In this document: positions 35,519 through 43,052 of the stretch, piece by piece | Layout of the letters: the number at the start of each line of letters is the position of its first letter | Position numbering within the stretch: position 1 is the stretch's first letter | From: a virus | Taxonomy: Duplodnaviria; Caudoviricetes | Virus record (IMG/VR): IMGVR_UViG_3300044983_000249 | Span: 1 to 43,052 of that record | Reading direction: 5' to 3' (one strand) | DNA: 43,052 nucleotides | Made by a program: the position numbers and the translations under genes | The notes under the pieces: model-generated | Databases searched by the model: none | Seen by the model: only the letters and a program-made list of their open reading frames with translations | Told to the model about the DNA's origin: nothing

Positions 35519-36885
35519 CTCCGCCTCCCGCCCGCCGCATGCTTGTCGAAGATCTCGCTGAAGCGCGCCTCCGGATCGGGGTTGCGGATCCCCGTGTCCG
35601 CGGTCTCGGCCCGGGATACGCTGGACAGCCTACGGGTCTCGGTGCGCGGCGCCGGGGCCTCTCCGTCCTCCAGCAGATGCCGTGCCCCCTGGAGGCGCTT
35701 CTTCTCGGAGGCAACGATGCGATTGGCGGCCTCTTCGAAGGAATACCGCGGCGCTTTGGTCTGGGGGTTGGCGGTGCGGATGAGGTAGGCGAGCACCCGT
35801 TCGGCCCCCCTCGGGAGCTTGAGCGCTGCGTGCCCGTCGAGCTCACTCGAGATGTCGTCGATCCACCGGGCGCGGTTCTCTTGCTGGGCCCGTTCTCGCT
35901 CCTGCTTCTTCTGCGCCTCGGTCTGGGTGCTCTCTCGTTCCTGTAGCTGGCGCTCGAGCTGGGCCAAGCGGTCCTTGAGGGCCTGATTATCCCGCTGGGT
36001 CTGCTCGGCCTGTTGGCGCGCCGCCCTGCCCTCGGGCGAGACCTTCACACCCCGCACGAACCGCTTCATGGCCTCGTCGGCGTCGACGCCAGCCGCGCGG
36101 GAGACGACCTCTGCGAGCTGGGTGAAGTCACCATCCTCGAGGCCCTTCAGCGCCTTCATGACGTGCAGGGCCTTTTCCACCATCGGCACCGTGAGCTTGT
36201 CCGCGAGCCCGGAGCCCTCGAGCTGCCGCATCACGTAGATCGCGGGCTTGAGTTTCTCGACGGCTTCCTTGAACCGGGCGTCGTTCTTCTGGGCCTTCTC
36301 TTCGATCGCGGCGTCGCGTGCCTTGCGGTCTTTTCTGACGGCCAGGTATTTCGCGTCGTCGAACTCCTCGGGGACCTCCCCGAAGGCTTCTTTCATCGCG
36401 CGCTTGTAGAGCTTGCGGGCCTCTCGCGGGTCCTCGGCTTTCTTGGCTTCGGCGAAGAGGTCGCGGGCCTTTTTCGAGGGAGCCTCGGGATCGGCTGGGG
36501 TCTTGTCGTCGGGCTCTTCAGCAGTCTTGCGACCAGTGGACTCGGTCGAGTCCTTGGCATCCTTCGAGTCCTTCGACTTCGATGAGGATGCATCGGCCTT
36601 GCTGTCCTTCGGCTTCGGCGATTTCTCGGAGGAGTCGGCCGTGCTCTTCGAGGTGCTGGACGAGGACGGGGTTTTCTCGCCAGTGGACCCCTTGCTCTTC
36701 GAGCCGCTCTCGGACTTTGGCGATGGCTTGCTCGACGCGGCTTTGCCCTTCGGTTCCTTCGCGTCCTTGCCGAAGTGTTTCTCCCATAGCGCGTCGTCTC
36801 CTGCTCCGGTGGGCTTAGAGAACTCCGATCCCTTCTGGACGGGGCTCTCTGCCGCGGCGGTTGTCTCGGTGTTGCTGTCTGCCAT
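35515..36885 (-). CDS. Probable capsid scaffolding protein
   Basis: Disordered Ser/Lys-rich N-terminus, long coiled coil, short C-terminal helix; follows the portal gene. Confidence 0.65.
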   Translation of the reverse strand: MADSNTETTAAAESPVQKGSEFSKPTGAGDDALWEKHFGKDAKEPKGKAASSKPSPKSESGSKSKGSTGEKTPSSSSTSKSTADSSEKSPKPKDSKADASSSKSKDSKDAKDSTESTGRKTAEEPDDKTPADPEAPSKKARDLFAEAKKAEDPREARKLYKRAMKEAFGEVPEEFDDAKYLAVRKDRKARDAAIEEKAQKNDARFKEAVEKLKPAIYVMRQLEGSGLADKLTVPMVEKALHVMKALKGLEDGDFTQLAEVVSRAAGVDADEAMKRFVRGVKVSPEGRAARQQAEQTQRDNQALKDRLAQLERQLQERESTQTEAQKKQERERAQQENRARWIDDISSELDGHAALKLPRGAERVLAYLIRTANPQTKAPRYSFEEAANRIVASEKKRLQGARHLLEDGEAPAPRTETRRLSSVSRAETADTGIRNPDPEARFSEIFDKHAAGGRRR

Positions 36886-36886
36886 G

Positions 36887-37123
36887 TTACCTGAGGGTCA
36901 CGATCGGGCGATACTCGCGCGCGCTCTCGATGGTGAATCGGCAGTGGCCGCATGGGATCTCGAAGCGGCGGACGCCCCGCTCGGCGCGCAAGGTGGCCAC
37001 CACGTCTTCGAACGACGTGCCTGGCACCGTGATGGTGATGTGCGTCTCTTGCTCCGGGATCGACCGCGGAAGCGCGTCCGCTAGCTCTTTGAGCGCCTCG
37101 GTGAGGCGGTTGCTGTCTGCCAT
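36887..37123 (-). CDS. Small hypothetical protein between portal and scaffold
   Basis: MADSNRLTEALKEL...; shares an 18-bp start region with the scaffold gene. Confidence 0.6.
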   Translation of the reverse strand: MADSNRLTEALKELADALPRSIPEQETHITITVPGTSFEDVVATLRAERGVRRFEIPCGHCRFTIESAREYRPIVTLR

Positions 37124-37145
37124 GTTGCTGTCTCCGTTCCGTGAA

Positions 37146-39140
37146 TCACGCCGCCATGGGGGCAGGCATGGCCGCGGGCGCCGCCGCTCCCATCGCTCCA
37201 CCCGCTGCCGCTGCCGTCCCGAGCACCTGAGGCGCTCCGCCTCCACCCGCTGCCTGGGCCAATTGCGCCTGGGTTGCCGCGTCGGCATCGGCGAATTTCT
37301 TGAGCTCGGTCAAGTACCGATTGAAGAGCTGTAGCCGACGGTCGTCGACGTCGTCGGCCTGGGCGTTCAGATAGGCTTTATTGACCTGAATGATGGCCCC
37401 GTAGATGTTCATGGTCCGCACGGGCCCGCGGTAGAAGCGCCGGCTCCGCATCTCGGTCGGCTCGGCCGTGAGCCATTTGTCGATCTGAATGCCGATGAGC
37501 CGCTCCTGAGCGTCGTTCGCCGATTTGGCTTCCTGGAGCGTGTTGAAGTATTTGAGCGTGTTCAGGTACGCATCGCCCGTGATGAGCCCCACAGAACGGA
37601 GCTCCTGGGAGAGGGCAATCTCGCTCTCGGGCGTGTTCTTGTCCTCGCTCACCGGGTAGCAGCCGACGTCGTATTTGTACTCGTCGAGGATCGACAGTAC
37701 CTTGGCGTCGATCTGCTTCATGAAGCCCTCGCCCTTCCAGGTGGCAGAGAACTTCGGATCCTTGGCGTAGAGCTCTTTGGCGCACCGGATGATCTGGCGA
37801 CTGGCCTCGACGGTGCTGGCCTGCACGTAGCCCCGCTGCAAGGTGGCAAAACGCTCGTTGATGAGCTGCTTGCGGATGCGAAGGGCCGCTCCACTCCACT
37901 CGCCCGAGGTGTCCCCCGAGGCGTGGAGCTCAGAGACGCCGGGCAGGTTGTAGCACTGCTCGAGGTAGAACTTGACGAGCTCGAGCGCGAGCGGGTGGAA
38001 GGGAGCGGGCGCCTCGTAGATGGGCTTACCCTTCATGCCGGAGAGGCCCGGGATCGGGATGAGCTCGTGATCGTCGCCGGTCTGGAGGAGCGCCGGATTG
38101 ATCTCCTCGGGGTCGTAGAAGATCGCGCCCTTCGGGGTGAGGCGCTCACTTCGATCGATGCTGGAGAGGATCTCGTTCACCCGGAGGATCGGGGCCACGA
38201 TGGGCTTGGTCAGCGTGCGATGCCAGAAGCTGGTCAGGCTCCGTTGTCCTCCGACGAACACGAACGGCGGATCCTCGTAGTCGTAGGGCTCCCATTCGAG
38301 CGGCTCCTTCGCTCCGGGGAACGTCATGCAGTAGCGGCCTGCGGATTCGCCGTATTTGAACCGCCACCCCTCGGTCACCGGCACCCGGCGAATATCGTCC
38401 CGGCGATTGTCCCGGTCGTCGTTCAGGACCTCGAGGCCGAGGCTCTTGCGCGTAGGCAGAGCCGCCTTGAACACGTCGTCGGCGAGGCCCGGGGCGCCGC
38501 TCTTGTATTTTTCGCCGCGGAGTTCGATCAGCCGCTCCGGGTCCCAGTACTGGGTCGTGCCCATGCCCGTCGGGTAGTCGTAGACGGCTCCGGCGGAGTC
38601 CATCCACATGCTCAGGGTGTCGTGGACCTCCGCCTGGATCTTGCCGACTTTCTGGTTGGCGAAGAACTTCACTGCGGCCGTGCCCGTGCTGGCGAGCGCG
38701 AGCCGGAACGCGAACCGGAACATGTCCCAGAGGTCTGAGAATCTCCCCTGCCGCTCGTAGTACTGGCCCTCGATGAAGCGATCAGCCAGGCGCGCTTGCC
38801 GCCGGACGTCGTAGCTGGCCTCGACGGTGACGATCTGGGGCTTGGTGTTTTCCAGGCCCGCGATCTTGGCGTCGAGGGTGTCGACCAGGGTCTGGGCGAT
38901 GTTCAGGACGATGTCGACGGGCTCTTCGCCGAGCGGGCCGTCGTCGGAGGTGTTCTCGGCGCTCTTCACGCCCTTGGCGGAGACCGTCTCGCCGTCGTAG
39001 AGGCGCATGAGCTTGACGGCCTCGTTCGATCGGCGCTGGCTCCTGCCCGAGAGGCGAAGATCGGCTTGGGCGCAGAGGGTCTGGTGGCCTTCGCCCGGGG
39101 ATTGCCGGTGCCAGACGAGCTTGCGGGAGGCGTCGATCAC
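37146..39140 (-). CDS. Portal protein
   Basis: 664 aa; LNIAQTLVDTLDAKI, GTAAVKF, GVSEL...SGAALR patterns; Ala/Gln-rich tail. Confidence 0.82.
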   Translation of the reverse strand: MIDASRKLVWHRQSPGEGHQTLCAQADLRLSGRSQRRSNEAVKLMRLYDGETVSAKGVKSAENTSDDGPLGEEPVDIVLNIAQTLVDTLDAKIAGLENTKPQIVTVEASYDVRRQARLADRFIEGQYYERQGRFSDLWDMFRFAFRLALASTGTAAVKFFANQKVGKIQAEVHDTLSMWMDSAGAVYDYPTGMGTTQYWDPERLIELRGEKYKSGAPGLADDVFKAALPTRKSLGLEVLNDDRDNRRDDIRRVPVTEGWRFKYGESAGRYCMTFPGAKEPLEWEPYDYEDPPFVFVGGQRSLTSFWHRTLTKPIVAPILRVNEILSSIDRSERLTPKGAIFYDPEEINPALLQTGDDHELIPIPGLSGMKGKPIYEAPAPFHPLALELVKFYLEQCYNLPGVSELHASGDTSGEWSGAALRIRKQLINERFATLQRGYVQASTVEASRQIIRCAKELYAKDPKFSATWKGEGFMKQIDAKVLSILDEYKYDVGCYPVSEDKNTPESEIALSQELRSVGLITGDAYLNTLKYFNTLQEAKSANDAQERLIGIQIDKWLTAEPTEMRSRRFYRGPVRTMNIYGAIIQVNKAYLNAQADDVDDRRLQLFNRYLTELKKFADADAATQAQLAQAAGGGGAPQVLGTAAAAGGAMGAAAPAAMPAPMAA

Positions 39141-39331
39141 GCGCAGTGCCTTGCAAAGTCGAGCGCTTCGGTCTCCAGGGCGGCAGCAGCGAGGGGCTCG
39201 CGCGCAGCAAGCTCTTTCAGCACGTCGACCCGAAGCTCATCCTCCTGGGAGTGGGCCGCCTCGTCGTCATGGCGACCCAGGGCCGCGATTTGAGCAACGC
39301 GCGCACGAACTTGCTCCAGGGTCAGGCTCAT
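39137..39331 (-). CDS. Conserved phage hypothetical protein
   Basis: DDEAAHSQEDEL...DFARHCA pattern; GTGA overlap with the portal gene. Confidence 0.6.
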   Translation of the reverse strand: MSLTLEQVRARVAQIAALGRHDDEAAHSQEDELRVDVLKELAAREPLAAAALETEALDFARHCA

Positions 39332-39369
39332 TGGGGGCTCGAGCCCCCACTCTAGCGCGCCGGCCGGCC

Positions 39370-39389
39370 CTGGGTCAAATGTGACCCAG
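39370..39389. promoter_or_regulatory. Perfect operator-like palindrome CTGGGTCA-AATG-TGACCCAG
   Basis: 8-bp inverted arms upstream of the portal operon, below a - strand TTGACA (39413-39408). Confidence 0.65.
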
Positions 39390-39503
39390 TCCACGAGCGG
39401 TGTAGGTTGTCAACGCACCATTGCATTCCGTGAGGCCGGGACAGAAACTGAGCGCCACCCGCCGCGCGAAAGTGGAATCGCCGAAACCGCGGGGTGCCCC
39501 GAT

Positions 39504-39965
39504 TCAGGATGTGGACCGCGAGACTACACGCGCCCCGATGATGCCTCCCCGGAGCCAGGCGCACTGAGCGAGCAGTGAGAGCCAGGGTGGGCCATCGTAG
39601 GAGAGGCAGACCCGGAGGCGTAGGGGCTTGTGCACGCGTGCGGGGGTAGCGCGGGGGCCGAGCAGGAGCCGCGGCAGGAGCCGCGGCAGGCTCACCGTCG
39701 CGAAGTAACTCCGTGCCGGGTCCGTCTTCTCCTCCAGCGCGGCAAGATAGGCAACCGGGGCAGGGTCGGCTGGCACGAGTCCCGACATGAGAGCCGCGCC
39801 CCCTGCCTCGTAGCGGTTCCACGCCTCCCGCTCCGGGTCCACCACAGGTGGGTCATCCGCGTACCAGTCCGCACCGTTCACCGTGCAGCCGTAGTCTCCG
39901 CACTCGACGCTCGGCAGTCCGCACGTCTCGCACCGGTCGTCGTCTTCGTCGGGCTCGTTGCTCAT
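39504..39965 (-). CDS. Hypothetical protein with N-terminal Cys cluster
   Basis: MSNEPDEDDDRCETCG...; contains a short 12-bp tandem repeat at 39662-39690. Confidence 0.45.
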   Translation of the reverse strand: MSNEPDEDDDRCETCGLPSVECGDYGCTVNGADWYADDPPVVDPEREAWNRYEAGGAALMSGLVPADPAPVAYLAALEEKTDPARSYFATVSLPRLLPRLLLGPRATPARVHKPLRLRVCLSYDGPPWLSLLAQCAWLRGGIIGARVVSRSTS

Positions 39966-39982
39966 GCCCCGATGGTATCACC

Positions 39983-40002
39983 CCGGGTGCAATTTGACCC
40001 AG
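39983..40002. promoter_or_regulatory. Operator-like palindrome between divergent genes
   Basis: CCGGGTGC-AATT-TGACCCAG, plus a CTGGGTCA half-site at 40021-40028. Confidence 0.55.
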
Positions 40003-40027
40003 GCCCTGCACAGGCGCAAACTGGGTC

Positions 40028-40246
40028 ATGCTGCAACCAATCCTCGGGGGATGTGGGCTCGGCGTCGTCCTGTTCTTTCTCGGCGCGGGCGTCCTCGGCG
40101 CGTGCAGTGCGCCGGCCTTGCTCCAGTGCCGCGCGGAGGCGGTGGCAGCGCTGCCGCTCGACCCGGACACCATCACCCTCGGGGACGTGAAGGAGGTCGC
40201 TCGGCGCGTGAAGGCGTGCCAGGCGCAAGGGGACGGTGGACCGTGA
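40028..40246 (+). CDS. Small lipoprotein (possible o-spanin-like lysis protein)
   Basis: Hydrophobic signal with lipobox VLGA-C; first gene of the lysis cassette. Confidence 0.55.
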   Translation: MLQPILGGCGLGVVLFFLGAGVLGACSAPALLQCRAEAVAALPLDPDTITLGDVKEVARRVKACQAQGDGGP

Positions 40247-40605
40247 CCGACGAGATGCGCCCGCCCCCGTACCCGCCGCCGTACCCGGTAGCCAGGGACG
40301 AGATCACCCAGCCCGGCATGGGCCTGGACGTGGAGAAGCTGACCCTCAAGCGCGAGAACATGCGCCTCCGAAAAGAGCGCAACGAGGCGCGCCAGCAGCT
40401 CTCCCGGGCCCTCACCGAGAGCGCGTCGGGCTCGGTTCCGCCGGACCTCACGCGCAAGCAGAAGGCGGCCCGGCTCGGTCTGTCGGCAGCGACCGTGACC
40501 CTGCTTACCGCGGTAGTGGGCGTGCTGGTCCCGATCATCGAGCGCAACTGGCCGGCGTATGCAGGGATCATCAAGGCGATCCAGCAGAACCTGGGCCTGC
40601 AGTGA
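40243..40605 (+). CDS. Membrane protein with coiled coil (holin candidate)
   Basis: C-terminal TM LGLSAATVTLLTAVVGVLVPII; directly before the endolysin. Confidence 0.55.
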   Translation: MTDEMRPPPYPPPYPVARDEITQPGMGLDVEKLTLKRENMRLRKERNEARQQLSRALTESASGSVPPDLTRKQKAARLGLSAATVTLLTAVVGVLVPIIERNWPAYAGIIKAIQQNLGLQ

Positions 40606-41189
40606 CCCCCGAGGACGTCCGCGAGTTCCAGCGCGCGCACGTGGACGTGTTCGGCAAGGCCCTGGTGCAGGACGGCGACCTCGGCCCGTCCACGCAATGG
40701 GCCCTCGACCTGTTCAGCTGCAGCCCCCGACGGCGCGCGGTCGTTCACCGGGCACAGTCCGCGCTCGGGGTCACCGAGGAGCCTCCCGGGAGCAACCGCG
40801 GACCCCGCATCGACGAGTGGCTCCAGCGCTGCCATGTCTCGACGGGCCTGCCCTGGTGCGCCGCCTTCGCCTCCTGGTGCCTCGAGACCGTGGCCATTGC
40901 GGGTGCTCAGGCGCTCGGCAAACACTTCCTTGCCACGGACGTCCCGCTGCCCGGGGACGTGATGTATTTCCTGACCGGCGGCGGAAAGGGTCACTGTGGA
41001 ATCGTCGTTGGCATTGGCGAGCACGAAGTCATGACCATCGAGGGCAACTGCCAGGATGCCGTCCGGGTGGCGCGGCGAGCTCGGGACCGGGTGAGGTTCA
41101 GCTCGACGGGTGACGATCTCAGAGGGATTTGCCCACTGTCGATTGCGCGCGCGCCGTTCCTGGCCACGACGATTAAGGGGACGCGGTGA
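40602..41189 (+). CDS. Endolysin: peptidoglycan-binding domain plus CHAP amidase/peptidase
   Basis: VREFQRAH...DGDLGPST binding motif; PWCAAFASW, GHCGIV, TIEGN CHAP motifs. Confidence 0.88.
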   Translation: MTPEDVREFQRAHVDVFGKALVQDGDLGPSTQWALDLFSCSPRRRAVVHRAQSALGVTEEPPGSNRGPRIDEWLQRCHVSTGLPWCAAFASWCLETVAIAGAQALGKHFLATDVPLPGDVMYFLTGGGKGHCGIVVGIGEHEVMTIEGNCQDAVRVARRARDRVRFSSTGDDLRGICPLSIARAPFLATTIKGTR

Positions 41190-41425
41190 TCCTGTCCGCC
41201 CTCGGTCGAGCCATCTACTGGACGCTCGGCGCCGTCCAGACCGTGGGCCAGCTCGTCGGCTCAGGCCGAAAACTGGTCCGGCAGATGCGCCAGGGCAAGG
41301 TCCCGATCGTCTCCCTCGACGATACCGATCCCATCCCGCTCACTCACCGGGACGCCGAGCGGATCGCGGAGTTTGGGCGCAATGCGGGGCATGAGCGGGC
41401 CAAGCCTCCGCCGCTCAAGCGCTAG
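41186..41425 (+). CDS. Hypothetical protein (lysis cassette)
   Basis: GTGA overlap with the endolysin. Confidence 0.55.
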   Translation: MILSALGRAIYWTLGAVQTVGQLVGSGRKLVRQMRQGKVPIVSLDDTDPIPLTHRDAERIAEFGRNAGHERAKPPPLKR

Positions 41426-41610
41426 TCCCGTGATTCGTCGATGAGTCGATCGCGATCGTCGTCGCAAATGAGCGCGAACCGCTCCTCCCTCGAGTCCGGG
41501 AGCGACCAGTAGCAGTCATCGCAGCAGCCGTGGAGGTCACAATACTCGTCCGGGGGCACCAGCCGGCTGCAGTGGCACTTGCGCCACTGCTCGGTGACGC
41601 GGACCATCAC
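41422..41610 (-). CDS. Cys-rich microprotein
   Basis: CHC...CDLHGCCDDC. Confidence 0.55.
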   Translation of the reverse strand: MMVRVTEQWRKCHCSRLVPPDEYCDLHGCCDDCYWSLPDSREERFALICDDDRDRLIDESRD

Positions 41611-41759
41611 CGTTTCGCCGCCCTAGGGTCCGGGACTGGCGCGCGCTCGAGTCTTGCGGATCGGCGCCGCTCGTAGCGCCGCACCCACCATTGCAGGATG
41701 AGGCGCGCCCACCACCCCAGCAGCCAACCCGCGCAGAAGTCGGGCCAGATCCATGTCAC
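41607..41759 (-). CDS. Small Trp-rich membrane protein
   Basis: WIWPDFCAGWLLGWWARLILQWW; GTGA overlaps. Confidence 0.5.
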   Translation of the reverse strand: MTWIWPDFCAGWLLGWWARLILQWWVRRYERRRSARLERAPVPDPRAAKR

Positions 41760-41980
41760 CCCTTCCCCTGTCTCCGCGGCGCCCTCGGGTCCGGCAAGGT
41801 ACCGAAGGCCTGGAGCCACTGAGCGATCTCCGCCTCATACCGGAACAGCTGCAGGTCCCGGGCACACTTGGCGCAGAGCGACCAGGGCCGGCAGCGGCAG
41901 GAGCCGGGCTCGGGGCGATCTGTCAGGTCGAGGGTAGGGGTGTGCATGGGTAGAGTCCCTGCCGGTCCGTGGCTGGCCAT
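41756..41980 (-). CDS. Cys-rich hypothetical protein
   Basis: CRC...CAKC. Confidence 0.5.
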   Translation of the reverse strand: MASHGPAGTLPMHTPTLDLTDRPEPGSCRCRPWSLCAKCARDLQLFRYEAEIAQWLQAFGTLPDPRAPRRQGKG

Positions 41981-42017
41981 GTCACAGCCCTTTGGACTCG
42001 GGTGCCGGCAGGGTCCG

Positions 42018-42054
42018 GTGGGTCAATTCTGACCATGGGGCGGGTGAGTGTCAA
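42018..42054 (-). promoter_or_regulatory. Sigma70-type promoter with overlapping operator palindrome
   Basis: TTGACA (42054-42049), 17-nt spacer, CAGAAT (42031-42026); the -10 sits inside GTGGGTCA-ATTC-TGACCATG. Confidence 0.6.
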
Positions 42055-42323
42055 TCCGGGGGGCTCAACCCGCACACGGGACAAATGCCAGGTGCAGCCT
42101 CCATGAGTGCCCGGCGCTCTTCTAGGCTCGGGATGCGATTCAGATGGAAGAGCCGCGGCCGCTTCAGATCCCGCTCGAGTTCCTCCACCCGGGCCTGAAG
42201 CGCGTCGTGAATGCGGAGGAGCTTGGCGATGAGTGCTTCGCTGGAGCGGCGCTTGAACCCGTGCTCCAGGTTCTCCCTCTCTTCCTCGGTGAGTTGCTCG
42301 TCCACTTTCTCAGACTCGCCCAT
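42051..42323 (-). CDS. Hypothetical coiled-coil protein with C-terminal CPVC
   Basis: ATG after GGGAGGAG. Confidence 0.65.
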   Translation of the reverse strand: MGESEKVDEQLTEEERENLEHGFKRRSSEALIAKLLRIHDALQARVEELERDLKRPRLFHLNRIPSLEERRALMEAAPGICPVCGLSPPD

Positions 42324-42351
42324 TCGCTCCTCCCGTCTCAGACTGAAACAC

Positions 42352-42510
42352 CTACCGCCGAGGAGGCCTCTTGCCCATCGCCACGAGTCGCGCCCGCTCC
42401 TCTTTCAACAATCGGCGGATGAGATCCGACACGCTCACGAGCAAGTATTCTGCCAAGGCATCGATCTCTGCGTGCTCCTCTGGGGTGACCCGGGCTCGCA
42501 CATAACTCAT
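42352..42510 (-). CDS. Ribbon-helix-helix (CopG/MobC-like) regulator; repressor candidate
   Basis: 52 aa; YVRARVTPEEHAEIDALAEYLLVSVSDLIRRLL; divergent from the early operon. Confidence 0.7.
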   Translation of the reverse strand: MSYVRARVTPEEHAEIDALAEYLLVSVSDLIRRLLKEERARLVAMGKRPPRR

Positions 42511-42886
42511 TGACAGAGAGGTCGTCCCGATGCGGGCGCCTCCGCGTTTTCTCGTAGTCACGTTTGGTCACCATTAGCTTGCGCGACTTATGTTGCGTGG
42601 TCAAACTCACACGGGTGATACCAGAAACCCACATGCGCGTACCGATTCGCGCGAGTGTGTCAAATGAGTCTGGCGCGTTCCGCGATGGTACCGTAAACAG
42701 GTTTCACTCAGTGAGTCGTCGCCAATTGCAATCCCTGCAAACAGGGAGGCGGGCCGCGAAGATCACCGAGTGCCCCGGGCGAGTGCCGCCAATTGCACGA
42801 TATTGGAACGACGGTGTGACCGGCAACGGTGGGCGCCGTTCGGCACTCGGGGTGGGGACGATCAGAGGGGAATAGGGGTTGGCTAC

Positions 42887-43033
42887 ATGACGATCAGGGC
42901 AGCAGCGATTCCGGACGTAGCCGTAGCGGGCCTGCGGTATCACAAAGTAACCCCCCCCCCCCCCCCCAAGCGGATAAGTAATCCGCGCGGTCGGCGTTGC
43001 GATCTGGGCTGCCCGAATCGGGGGCCCGAATGA
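42887..43033 (+). CDS. Putative leader peptide spanning the C17 tract
   Basis: ATG after AGGGG; MTIRAAAIPDVAVAGLRYHKVTPPPPPKR...GPE; its stop overlaps (ATGA) the start of gene 105-521. Confidence 0.45.
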   Translation: MTIRAAAIPDVAVAGLRYHKVTPPPPPKRISNPRGRRCDLGCPNRGPE

Positions 43034-43052
43034 GCGGTGCACTCGAGCAATT
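42926..43052. repeat. Terminal direct repeat, right copy
   Basis: Identical to 1-127. Confidence 0.95.

Larger units (their letters stand above)
1..43052. mobile_element. Complete temperate tailed phage genome, podovirus-like
   Basis: Integrase, replication initiator, TerL, portal, capsid, nozzle/ejection-type genes and CHAP endolysin; circular ends; no host housekeeping genes. Confidence 0.93.

Noticed and set aside
39662-39690. 12-bp tandem repeat GCAGGAGCCGCG x2.4
   Set aside because: Short, in-frame and GC-rich; no evidence of a regulatory role
40261-40287. Tandem PPPY motifs resembling eukaryotic viral late domains
   Set aside because: Short Pro-rich duplication in a bacterial phage; no context supporting that function
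42704-43042. Minus-strand ORF reading the tract as poly-Gly
   Set aside because: No convincing start, codon bias or coupling; the + strand leader explains the tract better
1-43052. tRNA, rRNA, methyltransferase, toxin-antitoxin or known defence genes
   Set aside because: None recognised by eye; tRNAscan-SE and DefenseFinder would be needed to exclude them formally

Overview
The window is an apparently complete, circularly assembled ~42.9 kb high-GC temperate phage genome; bases 1-127 are identical to 42926-43052. The podovirus-like structural genes (portal, scaffold, TerS/TerL, capsid, adaptor, nozzle, three probable ejection proteins) show no tape measure or sheath. The + strand (105-14086) carries the early region: an Xis-like gene, tyrosine integrase, replication initiator, J-domain protein, two sigma-70-family proteins, an SSB-like/PD-(D/E)XK recombination pair, a VRR-NUC-like nuclease and many Cys-rich microproteins. 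The - strand (14099-39331) carries morphogenesis genes, interrupted by a + strand lipoprotein metalloprotease moron. A + strand CHAP lysis cassette (40028-41425) and a divergent control region (42510-43052/1-105) complete the genome. A Myxococcota host is inferred, not proven. The most striking candidate system is a lysis/lysogeny switch with no recognisable CI repressor. Seven GGGTGGGCCA arm-like repeats suggest attP lies inside the 3' part of int, so integration would cut the translationally coupled replication/sigma operon off from its promoter. That operon is headed by a leader ORF whose coupling to the first gene depends on the length of a C17 tract. Also notable are a tandem double-GroES co-chaperonin in the head module, a sigma factor fused to about four extra HTHs, and a GGGTCA-N4-TGACCC operator-like palindrome at four intergenic sites. 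All family calls come from reading motifs by eye; no database searches were run.
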